This document shows positions 36,801 through 48,700 of a stretch of DNA of 64,000 nucleotides, piece after piece. This DNA comes from Eimeria praecox. Its lineage: Eukaryota. Made by a program: the position numbers and the translations under genes. The notes under the pieces were generated by a model. The model saw only the letters and a list, made by a program, of their open reading frames with translations. It was not told the DNA's origin and made no database searches. Location: the NCBI GenBank assembly GCA_963920595.1, contig OY986946.1, positions 62,001 to 126,000 of the forward strand. The letters are read 5' to 3'. Each line of letters opens with the position of its first letter. Within the stretch, counting starts at the first letter, position 1.

Positions 36801-39662
36801 CGTGTACACAAGCGTGGCGTTTGTCACGTCGGTCTACACACCCCGTGTTTGTCACGCTTCTGGAGACAGCCTGCCATTCCCTGTTCCGGTCATCCGCATA
36901 ACAGCTGGCATTTTAAAAAGCCAGGCTGGCCGTCAATGGTACTAAACGTTGCCATGCAGTGTCTCTTTTGTTAACACGTAATTCGCTCCACATGGATTGT
37001 CTTACCAGTTCAAGGGCATCCCTTTAAATGCCGGCCTCTGTTTGTAACGCAAAACGCTTTATGCCGCGTATCGTAACACCGCGCACAAGCAGATAAAAAA
37101 GATCAATCCTTCAACAAACAGAACTTCCTCTTCCCACGCCGAAAGTCCACAAATGCATACTGGTGCACAGACACATCCATTACTGCTCCCATACAATCTG
37201 GAACGTAGCAATAGCCGCGGCCAACAATGACGATATCTTTGGGTGCTTGAAACTCGCTATAAACAGTTTGCGCTGCCAAACACTTCGCATATCCGCACCC
37301 GTGGCAGCTAATTATGCGCATACCTGCTGGCGAAAACATCGCGGGATTGCAACACAACGAAGGGCTCGGCCACAGCGAACTCCTGCACGCGCTTACACAA
37401 AGTGCATAACCTTATGACGCTCCCACGTGTATTTTCCCAGCTCCATCAAAATTATTCCGTATTCCTGCATAATCAGGCGGAACGGGTTTTGAAACCTTTC
37501 ATGAGTTCCCAGTCGTAGAATGCAGCTTGCTGCGTGAAGCATTCTTCTCCAAGTACTGCTTGTTGTAAGAGCAACGACGGCCTAAAATGCTTACATCGCT
37601 GAAGAAGCATTACGTATGCGCACAACGTGCGTCCTCTCATTTGCTGCTGGCAATTTTCGTAGGGTGCCATCAATATTTTTCGTGTGATATCTAGCTCGTC
37701 ACATCCCAACTCCACATGTGTGCATGCAGGCATATATAAATCCATACCTCCAATCAGAAAGCCTGGAACGTAACCGTACCCACAGCTGCGCCAGCAAAAA
37801 AATTATAACCAGTGTTCCGTAGCTGCCGCCAGCTGTTAGACATGATAAGCGCCTCGCATCTCGGCACATCTGGCAGCTAATTATATACATACTTGCTGGT
37901 CCGAACAGCACCCGATCGTAACGCTTGCGACAGCTTTGGCACACCGAGCCCGCGACCGCACTCATAAATTAAGTGAACCCCCCGTGTCCGCGCATTCAAG
38001 TGTCCACAAAGCACCGCGTATACGCCTACTATCAGACGGATCAGAGTGGGAAGGGGGCATGCAAAGGAAACTTCAGTTCAGCAGCAGCCGCACGGACATG
38101 CAGCTGGGAGAGTTCTGCGTCCTTGTTCTAATGCTTCTGGTTGGAGGGCCAAGGACGAGAAAACTGCTCCAGATACCTAGCAAGCATCCCACGCTTTCCC
38201 AGCGGTTGCCTGCTTCCCATTCATCCCTGTCAGCTAGGTTGGAGTATTATCCAAGAGCAATCTACAACATAGATGGCCTACATATTCAAGAAATACCGAC
38301 ATGCACACTAGGTTGCCCCTTCTTTCCCACTCAGTAGCTACACAACGAGTCATAGATTACGTAGGCGTTTGTGGAAGCACCATGAAAACTACACAACTCG
38401 TACTGGTTCTTAGCCCGCGGCCTGTTATTTCCTATTCCTGTCCTCCGCACTACAGCTTCTATTACATATGGTGGCCCTGAACGTCAATAAGTCTGAACGA
38501 AATCCACCGAGTTGTAATTGTTTTGTCATACCACGTCCTGTCCACCACATAAACTGCCTTGCCGGTTCAGTGTCGTGGCTGTTGATGCAACGCTCTCGTA
38601 AATCCACAAGGGTCGTAGGACCCACCGCCACACTAGAACACTCCAAAGTATCTTTTAGTTCTTTTCACCCAGTTTTGTACAATTCCGCAAAACAGGATTA
38701 ATTCGCATATGCACCTATGGATACCGCCAAGCAGCCTAAAGCCTAAGTGCTCCCACAAGTACGCCAGGATGATGCATTTGCTTCGCCTGCTTCGGGCTTG
38801 CTACAAACTGTAAACTGTTGAACTATTTATTATGCGCATACTCTCTGGCCAAAAGAGCGAAATATGGCAAAGCTAGAAAAGGTTTCGCCAACGTGTCTTC
38901 GTACACGCGTCTACGCAATTAGCGTAACCGCACGATGCTCACCCGTGCAGGTTTCTTAGCCTGCTGCCAAGTACTCCGCATACTTATTACACGAGCAGAA
39001 GGTGCTGAGTGCAGCCAGTTCAAGCGAACAATGAGCAAGAATAGCCTCGCCTGCAAACAGATTTACCGGGCGGCAGGGTCATCCTTGTCAAATCGAGTCC
39101 TTTGGGAAGACCGAACAGAGTCAGATATCTTCGAGGAGCAGGAAGGCACCTCGCGAAATCGCTGGCTCGGGATAATATCAGCGGCCCAATCGTGGGTTGC
39201 ATCTGGTTCGAAGACAAAACAGCTGAACTAATCTCGCCTAACGAGAAACATCAGTGCGTCGTATGAGTCACTTATTCTTCTGTGTTGCCCACTCGCTATG
39301 CAAGGAGCTACGGATTTTGCATCCATTTATACTAATGCCATGCACAGGTAAATGGTTTGTGGTGAGATCGATTTCCGATACGTCCTGCCCTTTTATCGTC
39401 CTTTTTACCCGTAGGGCAAGTGGCACCATAAATAAGCTGGGTAACCGCCAGAGCTACTGAGCGCTCGACACAAATCACCACGTAGTTGCTACTTCCGTCT
39501 GCCAATTACTGGGCTGCAGATAAGCTGTTGCACCTCGTCTGGGCATCATTCGTAATGCGGGACTCTGCGTCGCTGACAACTAACTTATATAGAAGCGCCA
39601 TCCCGCAGTCACAACCAGGCAGGAGAACAGTTAAAGCAGAATGAGCCTTTTGCGGCAAATCC

Positions 39663-39663
<1 letters not shown>

Positions 39664-39713
<50 letters not shown>
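39664..39713. repeat. (TA)25 microsatellite
   Basis: Perfect 50-nt TA run, followed directly by CATGCATGCAG. Confidence 0.99.
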
Positions 39714-39716
<3 letters not shown>

Positions 39717-42700
39717 GCATGCAGGGCAACTGTAGGAGAGCCTGGTAGATGAATTTGTTGCGCGTACTCCCTGCGCAAAAAAAATGCAAGTCGAACGGTA
39801 AAATGGCCTGTGCAGACCGCAACCATACACAGAAACGCCCGAGTACAGTGATAGCTTTGCCTTCTGTCTCCCCCAATAGTAGCATCACAATTAGCCGCAG
39901 GCTTTGTGCTCTTTTGTGCAAACGCCACGCCGGTCCGCAGAGCCCCTCTTGGTTGCGGTCCTCCATTCGGTGTCATTCCATATTCCCGCTATCTGTAGAC
40001 TATTTGCCATTCTGCATAGCAGGGCTACCCACCCATACGCTACTTAACGATTGGCACAAATCATCCCGCAACTGCAGCGTTCTGGTAACGCGTATTGCCC
40101 CGCCCCTATACTCCCTCACCAATTGATTAGGATCGCGTGTAAGTTTAGATGCTGTCAACCAAATGCGCATCGCGTATCGGAACCCCTCGCCTAAACAGAA
40201 ATCAAAGAAGCTCCTAGTTGAAGAAAACAGAGATCGCCTGCCTCCCCAAGGTGCAAATATGCACCCAAAGAGACACACGCCCATGCATGCTATCATACAG
40301 CCTGGAAGGTCGCATCACCCAAAATCGCATCCCATACATAAATTTGCTTGAGTCCTTACAGGCGTGCAGTAGGCTGTTCAACCTACTCAGCTATTCGCAT
40401 AACTGCAGAACTGTGACACAATTGTGTGCATACCTCCTGGCCAAAATAGCGTGCGATTGCGACACCAAAGAGAATTTCTTCAGACGTCTGTACACGAGCT
40501 CATGCAAATCGCAGCACCGTCCGATGCTCACACGCCCAGGAAGTCTACCTCGAGACCAGACACCCTGTATACATTCACTCACAGCCGGGGTTGGCTGCAG
40601 CCACCTATGGCGAGCCAAGCCTGAGCCAGGGCAGCTGCACAAAAATCCAGCTGGCTGCATTGGGTTGCCTTGGCGAATCGCTCCTTGAGGGCAGAACAAA
40701 TACAACCGAGGGTGTTCGAGAGGCGTAGGTGAGGTCCAGTGCATGGAAAGAGATTGCTTGCTTCCCTTTGGCCTTTGTCTACTCTGTTCAGTGTGCATCC
40801 AAAAGTTTGCTGTGCGCTACCGAGATAGAGAGAAAACAAATGAAGCATTCAAGCCATGCATCCGCACCGCGTACCAAACGGCTAGTCTGGACCCGCCAGA
40901 GCACGAACCAGACATATCCGCCTTCACCGTCAGCTCCGCGCTTTTGAGGTTTAATAGATACACAGTGAGCTCCATGTTTGTAGAGCAGGCGGCAGGCGGA
41001 TATACGCTGCTCCTGCCGCTTGCATGTTGGGGGGGCAGCCTGCCATTCGTTATTCCCGTCCTCTACAGAACAGCTGCCATCTAGCATAACTTGGCTATCC
41101 GGCTGGCCTTCAATGCCGCCTAACGTTAGACAGCATTGATGAACAAGATACTGCTTCCTTCTACTAGGTGCTGCGCTTCACATAATTTTGCTGACCCATA
41201 CACCGGCGTTGTTCCTAGTGGCAGACTTTTTCTCACGCCCACGCCGTATATACACACCCGCCAGCTCAATACCAAACAAGGGCACGGCTAACATAAAGGA
41301 GCTTCTACTTTTCCCCAGCCTGCAATTTCATCATTCCGCCTGCATGCGCACACAAATCCATTGCTGAATCATACAATCTGGAATGGAATGGTACCAAGAG
41401 CCGCCGCAAGATAAGCCATGCTTCGTGGGGCTTCAAACTCGCTGCAAACAGTTCCATCACCTTAACGATTCTTATCTCCGCACATCCGGCAACCACTTTT
41501 GCGCATACTTTCTGGCCAAAACAGCGCGTGATTGGAACGCCAAAGAACACTTCGCCGCTAAGCACATGCGCCTGCGCGCAGACAAACTACATAACAACAC
41601 AATACGTTCACTTACTTCCAGTCTTCAGTCCCTTAGCCCGCAGCCAAATACTTAAGTCGCAGCCAAATACTCCAGGCTGTGTTCAACACGGACAAATGGA
41701 CTGGAACGATGCAGCTGGCTGTATAGTGCATCTCTGAGGGCCCTCCTCACGTTGCAAGGCCTACGGGAGCGTTCATCACATGTGGAAGGCATCAGGAATG
41801 TGCAGGCCGAGTGCCTGCCTCCCATGTTTTCTCAAAGCTATTCTGCAAAAAATCGAGCTCGAAAGGCAGCCAGCGGCGCCTTCATAAGCTGCATGTAGCC
41901 TGAGGAGAAGCAGGCGCAGGCGCCCTCCCAGCTCTCGTCGGTGCCACCCAATATATTCGCAATGGAATACGGGCTCCGCATTATCTTCGAGTCAAGCCCC
42001 GGGAGGATACAAAAAGACCTCGCTGGGCGCTGTGCAGGATGGGACTTGGCCTTCGCTATTCTTTTACTTGGCCGAAACACTACCATCGTCCGTAGCTGAG
42101 CTAATCTGCCATGGTACTAAACGTCTGACAGAAAGCAGCACCCATTCTTCAACTCCTTTTACCGCGTACCGTGGTGCGAATATACTGCCTGGCGGGATGG
42201 CTGGTACCGACTGTAATGCAGGGCTCTGTCTCGCGAATGCAGGTCTCGCCCCCGAAGGCTCGACATCAGTCCATACCGCAGAAGCGCAAAATTAAAGCAA
42301 AGCGACTTCCCGGTAATCATGCAACGCCAGAAATCTACAGCATCCAAGAGCATAGGCGTCAATGCCTGCAATCATACAGCCTGAAGCGTCGCATCACGCT
42401 TACATGATAAAGCGGCCTTACGAGCTTCAGACGTGCTATCAAACTACTCCAGCTGCTAAACCTTCCTCACCTCACCAAGGCTGGCAGCTAATTATGTACA
42501 TACTTGCTGAACAGGACAGCGCCGGAACGCAAGGCTAGAACGAGCTTCGCCAAAATGCTCCAGCACGCATGGGCAAACAACCTGTATAAAAGAACGATGA
42601 ACCCATATGCAAGCTTCCAAGTCATAAAACAAACATTGCGTATACTTACATTAGCAAGCGGCGTGCCCAACCGTCTCGCCATAGTAGCAACCAAAGAATA

Positions 42701-45700
42701 GTATGTGAACGCCAAACAAGCTCTGGCCTTTACCCCAACAGCAAATCCACATGCGTGCATGCATAGGGATGCGCATGCAACCCTACATTCAGGCTAGCTG
42801 GAAGGTATTAGCACCTACAACACCGCCAGGGATATGAATTTGCTCTAGGGGTTGCATATTTAGGTTTGGCCTAGGGGCGTTGCACTGATCAATGCTTCCC
42901 ATGTCCGGAGCTCTGATATTTAACAATGTGCATACTTGCTGGCCAAAACAGCGCGCTATTGCTACACCCGAGAAGGCTTCGCCGCACCATGCCCGCACGC
43001 GAGCGCACACAAAACTATATAACCGTACGATAAACTGGCTTTCCAAGCCCAAGTCCAATACTACCTGCGCAACAGTGCAGCTGCGTGAACAGGACTTCCT
43101 TGTCGAATGGCCTCTTGATGGAAGACCAGCATCAATCGAATATGTTCATGAAACTCGAAACATATCAGGAGGCCTAGCCTCCTGCCAGGTTTCTGTTTCG
43201 GAATACGAAACTGATATTCACAATGGCACCTGAATAATGCTCAAGCTCAGGAACAACTGGAAAGCGATGCCGCTGCCTGCATGCGGCATCCCTGCCCAAC
43301 CGAGGCCATTGCACCAGGGCAGACCAAGGCCCTTCTTCCCATCTTTCAATATCTACTATGCTGCAGCGCTTTTACAGGAGATACAGAACGCGAAAGACAC
43401 CAGCCTGCACATTCATAACGTGCACCTAGTCAGGAAACAAAACAGCGCGACCTATCTCGTCGACTAAGGCACCTTACCCCCCAACGCATTCCGCTTCGCT
43501 GCGCCACCCCGTAGCTTCAGAGTGAGCGGGTGGCCCAGCGTTGTTTTACCCAAGTGCCATGCGACCTACAGAAAATGGTGGTCTTCAAATTCGGCACAGC
43601 TGTAGGTAATTCTACCTACAACTGCACCAAAAAGACGAATTGGGTCCGGGGAATTCCAATTTTCTGCACGGTGTTGGGATCCCGAAGCGATTCGCATATC
43701 CGCACCTACGGCGGCTATTTATTTGCATACTTCCTGGCCACACCATCGGGCGATCGCAACACCACAGGGGCAGTCGCCGCGTCGCGCCCTCACGCGTGCG
43801 CACACGAAGTACAAGATCCTATGATGCATCTCCTTGCCGCCAAGTACTCAGCATACAGATGCCGAGCGGATGCGTACGAACCAACCCCAAGGTTTACAGT
43901 AACTGCACAATGATGCATCTGGCTGCTGGGGGCGTATTTGTCAAATCGCGTCCTTTTCTAAAAGCAACAATAATCGAAAGTGCTCAAACGGTTCAGGCGA
44001 TATCCCGTTTGTGCACGCATGGGGCCTCTTTCTTGTGTGTCTCCGCCTACAATTCAGAAGCCAGATCAACACTGACCCGTGTGTTACCTAGCGCAGACAA
44101 ATTTGAATAACACGACCGTAAACAGCGCCTTGTCAGGACGCAAAATAGTATACTTAATATTGCAGAGCTAGGCACACCCGCCGGCGCAGCAAGTCGCCTT
44201 TTCGTTTGCCCTAGCCATTAGGCTGAAGGTAAGCAACAGGATACGCGGTTTGTGCAATCATCAAGCGGCTATGCGCAGCATGCGCTGGACACATTTGGGG
44301 GGACATCCCGGCCGTCGCCTTGTCTGCCGAACAGCGGCTACCATATAGAAGTGGGCTGACAGTCAATACTACGTGTGCTTTGGCATATTTCACAGCCTTG
44401 CAGTTGATTCCCAAATGTAAAACAATGCAGACGCGCTGCATACCGGGTGCGTCTCTAAACGGTTTTTGTTGGCATGGCAAATGGGATAAAAACTTTTCCA
44501 GAAGAGAGATATTTTACTCATGCTAAATAACAAGCATTTTTCCACGTAGGCTTTGGTGACGGCAATCGGGCCTTGCGCGTTCGTAATGCCAAACGTTTTA
44601 GCTGTTTGCATGCGATCGCTTTGTCAAATTGCTGCCTCTTCAAAGACTAACGACAACCACAATGTTTAGTACGCTGGGGGATCCTCAACTGCGTGCAGGC
44701 CGAGAGCTTGCCTCCCATTTTTTCCAACTTATTTTGTTGGCAAATGTATAAACTTGCTACTGCGTGCACACTTCCTGCAAGAACAGAGAGCAATAGGAAC
44801 AGCGGAAGAGGCTTTGCAACACCGTGAGAATACTTACTTGCAAACAAGCTGCGCAGACCGCGATGAACACTCATGGGAGCTCGCTAACTTTCCGCCCAAT
44901 AGTGCACATACTCCTACATGCAAACAAAGCTGATTTCAACCAGCACAAGCAAACGACGCCCACGCTCACCACCAACCACAAAAATGCTCATTGCATTTGA
45001 CTTACCTTGTGTTCTCATCGAGCTGCTTCCTGCTGACAGACCACCGGTGATACGGAAGTTTAGCTGTTAGGAAGGTATAGCACTCACGTGGATTAAGGGG
45101 CTTCATAGCAATCGCCCCCCATTAGTGAATGGCGCTACCAGCTGGTGGCTGGGAGAATGCAGCCTTGAGGGAGTACCAGCAACACATTTGGAGGCCCCGC
45201 CTACTTCAAACGCAAAACAGGTTAAATACTCTTGATAAACCAGAATGACAAGCCTTCACTACGAGTTCCACCTTATGTGCTACTTAATAGCTTTACGTGG
45301 GCTGCCGTTTTGACATCCTCTTGTGCAAGCGCCCGTCCGGATCTACGCAAGCACAGTGCTCGAGTGTTGGCCGGCCCATAAGGGCCATACGGGCCCTTCC
45401 CTGTTCCCACTCTCCGCGGCAGAGCTGCTGTTACACATCCCCGGAGTACACACCAATAATACTGAACCGGTGTAGCACAAGTCATCGAGTTAGCACGGTT
45501 TCCTCCTTCCACGTGTTGTGCTGCACATCTACTGTCCCATCGATTCACTCACATCGCTTGTACTGAAAGACCCTGCCCCGCAAGCGCAGGTCACGTATCG
45601 AAACTCCTCGCTCCAGTAAAACCCCAAAGAAACCATGGCTGAAACAACGCGAATTCGCGCTTCTTCTACCACTGCATCTCCCCGAATATGCGTGCATGCA

Positions 45701-48700
45701 GATACACCGATGCTTGTCATAAAGTAAAGTGAAACCTATCCACACCCAAGACCGCGCCGAGCTGACATTCTTGGTTCCAGCTGCGTACTTCCTGAGAGCA
45801 CCAGTGCTCGCTTGTACTGTTACCAAAGGCCTTGCCGCATCTAGCCCCTGCAGGCGCGCACACAGACTACAGAACCATACGATGCTCACACGTGCAGGCC
45901 CGATAGCTCTTTGCCAAACTATGCGAATATACCAATCTGCGAACGTAGGTATATTTGGTCAGCACAGCGAGACTAAGCGAAAGCTTGACGCGAATTGCCA
46001 GACGATGCAGCTGGGTGCCCGGGGCGTGTTTTTCGGTGTTTGCCGCATCCTTCTGCAAGAACAACGGTGCGTGTAGACGTTGCAGACATTCTGGAGACAT
46101 TAAGCGCGTGCAGGCCCAGCGTCCGCTTCCCGTTTTCCTCTGTTGCACTGCTATCAGTTGCTTGCTGTGAAATTCCAAGCTCGAACGAAAAGGAGTACCA
46201 CAGTCATAGGGCCAACCTGCCACACACAAAAAGCAAGCTAAGTATTCTTGCCAATGAAGAAACATCCACCTGCGTTGCTTGTTCCCCGTTCGTCTGTGTT
46301 ATCCAGTGGCTGCCCAACGAGTTCCGGGTTCTGCTATTTGTTACGCAGGCGCCAAGCGGACGTACATAACTTGTGTCCTTGGCGCCTTCGGGGGCTGCTC
46401 GGCATTCGCTATTCTTGTCGTTCCAGAACAACAGCCATCACACATAACCCAGCTGACCCTCAATGCTACGGAGCCTTTAGCGCACGCTCCAAGCCCCCGC
46501 ATAGTTACAGCACTCTCCAACCACATATGGCTTTCACATATACCGCCTCGTCAATTAGCTGATGTCATCTACCAAGCGATACTCCGTCTGGGAAATGCAG
46601 ATCGCTTTTCCCAACCCAGCATCCCTGTAATAGCCAACGTCAAACAAGGTTATAGCCACAGGAGGGCCCTACAGCTCCTCTACGTGCAGCTCCAGAAATC
46701 TACAAGCGCCTATAGGCGCACCCGTGCCTCGCCTAAGAAGGCGTCAATGGCAGCAACTTGACCAATCGCGTCAAGAAGATGAAATTTCGTTGTACCCATT
46801 AGACAGGCTGAAAACTGTTCGAGCACAGAACGCTTTGTTTCTTCGCAGCCCTGGGAGCTAACCATGTGCTTACTCTCTGGCAAGACCAGCACGTGATCGC
46901 AATTTCAGAGAAGGCTACTCTGCACTAAACCCGTCAGCGCACTTAGGAGAAATACCCAATTTTATGATGCGCACGCATGCAGAAGCCCTAACTCTTAGCC
47001 ATACATTGCGTATACATCTATGGGCTGGAGGAGCTGCTTTCAACGAGGCCAACCGAGCCAAGCCAAAGCTTAATACCAAATTCAAAACGATGCGGCTGGC
47101 TGCACCCGAAGGGTCCTTCTCAAGTTGTTCGCTTCTGCTCAGAAAGCCAACCCAGCACGTTTCGGAAGTATCCAGCGCATGCAAAGTGAAGGCCTGCATA
47201 TTCCGTGCCTCTGACTAGCATCTGGAGTGCTGCGAACAGTGTCGTACGAGGTGTCAAGCTCGAACGAAAATGAGCGACATGCTTGTAGGCGGCACGCATT
47301 GAGGACGCACCAAAGTTCAGTTATTCTAGCCATACGGCAAGCATCAACCGTCGCTAGAGGTTTGGCTTCCTTTTGTATTACCCGGTGCTGTGGAATGCGT
47401 TACAGATTCCGCGTTATTTTTTGCAAGCGCCATGAACGTTTACACATGCCATGCTGCCCGTGGCGTCGGAAGCGGTCCGCGCTTTGCTACTCTACCCTTC
47501 CACCGAACAACGCCAACAAGCATGGCCTAGCCAATCGCCGACATCATTTGCTATATCTGCCCTGTCTGACGAAAGCATATCGCGTATCAAAAGACCCTGC
47601 TACAGTAGGGGCTAAAGAGGCTCAGTGATAATGCAAAACGAATTCCTACTTCTCATAAGGCAAATCTATTACTCTGCCCACAGACGCATACGCATCAATT
47701 CTTGTCATCAGTCGCAACTGTAACAGTATCAAGGGAAGTGACAAATGTATAAACTTGCTACTGCGTGCACACTTCCTGCAAGAACAGAGAGCAATAGGAA
47801 CAGCGGAAGAGGCTTTGCAACACCGTGAGAATACGTACTTGCAAACAAGCTACGCAGACCACGATGAACACTCATGGGAGCTCGCTAACTTTCCGCCCAA
47901 TAGTGCACATACTCCTACATGCAAACAAAGCTGATTTCAACCAGCACAAGCAAACGACGCCCACGCTCACCACCAACCACAAAAATGCTCATTGCATTTG
48001 ACTTACCTTGTGTTCTCATCGAGTTGCTTCCTGCTGACAGACCACCGGTGATACGGAAGTTTAGCTGTTAGGAAGGTATAGCACTCACGTGGATTAAGGG
48101 GCTTCATAGCAATCGCCCCCCATTAGTGAATGGCGCTACCAGCTGGTGGCTGGGAGACTGCGGCCTTGAGGGAATACCAGCAACACATTTGGAGGCCCCG
48201 CCTACTTCAAACGCAAAACAGGTTAAATACTCTTGATAAACCAGAATGACAAGCCTTCACTACGAGTTCCACCTTATGTGCTACTTAATAGCTTTACGTG
48301 GGCTGCCGTTTTGACATCCTCTTGTGCAAGCGCCCGTCCGGATCTACGCAAGCACAGTGCTCGAGTGTTGGCCGGCCCATAAGGGCCATACGGGCCCTTC
48401 CCTGTTCCCACTCTCCGCGGCAGAGCTGCTGTTACACATCCCCGGAGTACACACCAATAATACTGAACCGGTGTAGCACAAGTCATCGAGTTAGCACGGT
48501 TTCCTCCTTCCACGTGTTGTGCTGCACATCTACTGTCCCATCGATTCACTCACATCGCTTGTACTGAAAGACCCTGCCCCGCAAGCGCAGGTCACGTATC
48601 GAACCTCCTCGCTCCAGTAAAACCCCAAAGAAACCATGGCTGAAACAACGCGAATTCGCGCTTCTTCTACCACTGCATCTCCCCAAATATGCGCGCATGC

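Larger units (their letters stand above)
26576..44740. repeat. Diverged monomeric layer: about 19 non-homogenised copies, several internally deleted
   Basis: Core motif recurs about every 1 kb (for example 27368, 28388, 29364, 30301, 31319). Other shared motifs include CGCGTATCGAAACAC, TTGTGCAAGCGCCA and GCTGCTAAACGC. No long exact repeats seen. Confidence 0.88.

Noticed and set aside
39506..39976. ORFs with YIYIYI runs
   Set aside because: These are translations of the (TA)25 microsatellite.
26576..44740. CRISPR-like repeat-spacer array
   Set aside because: The period is about 1 kb, the repeats are degenerate, the spacers are homologous to each other, the context is eukaryotic and there are no cas genes.
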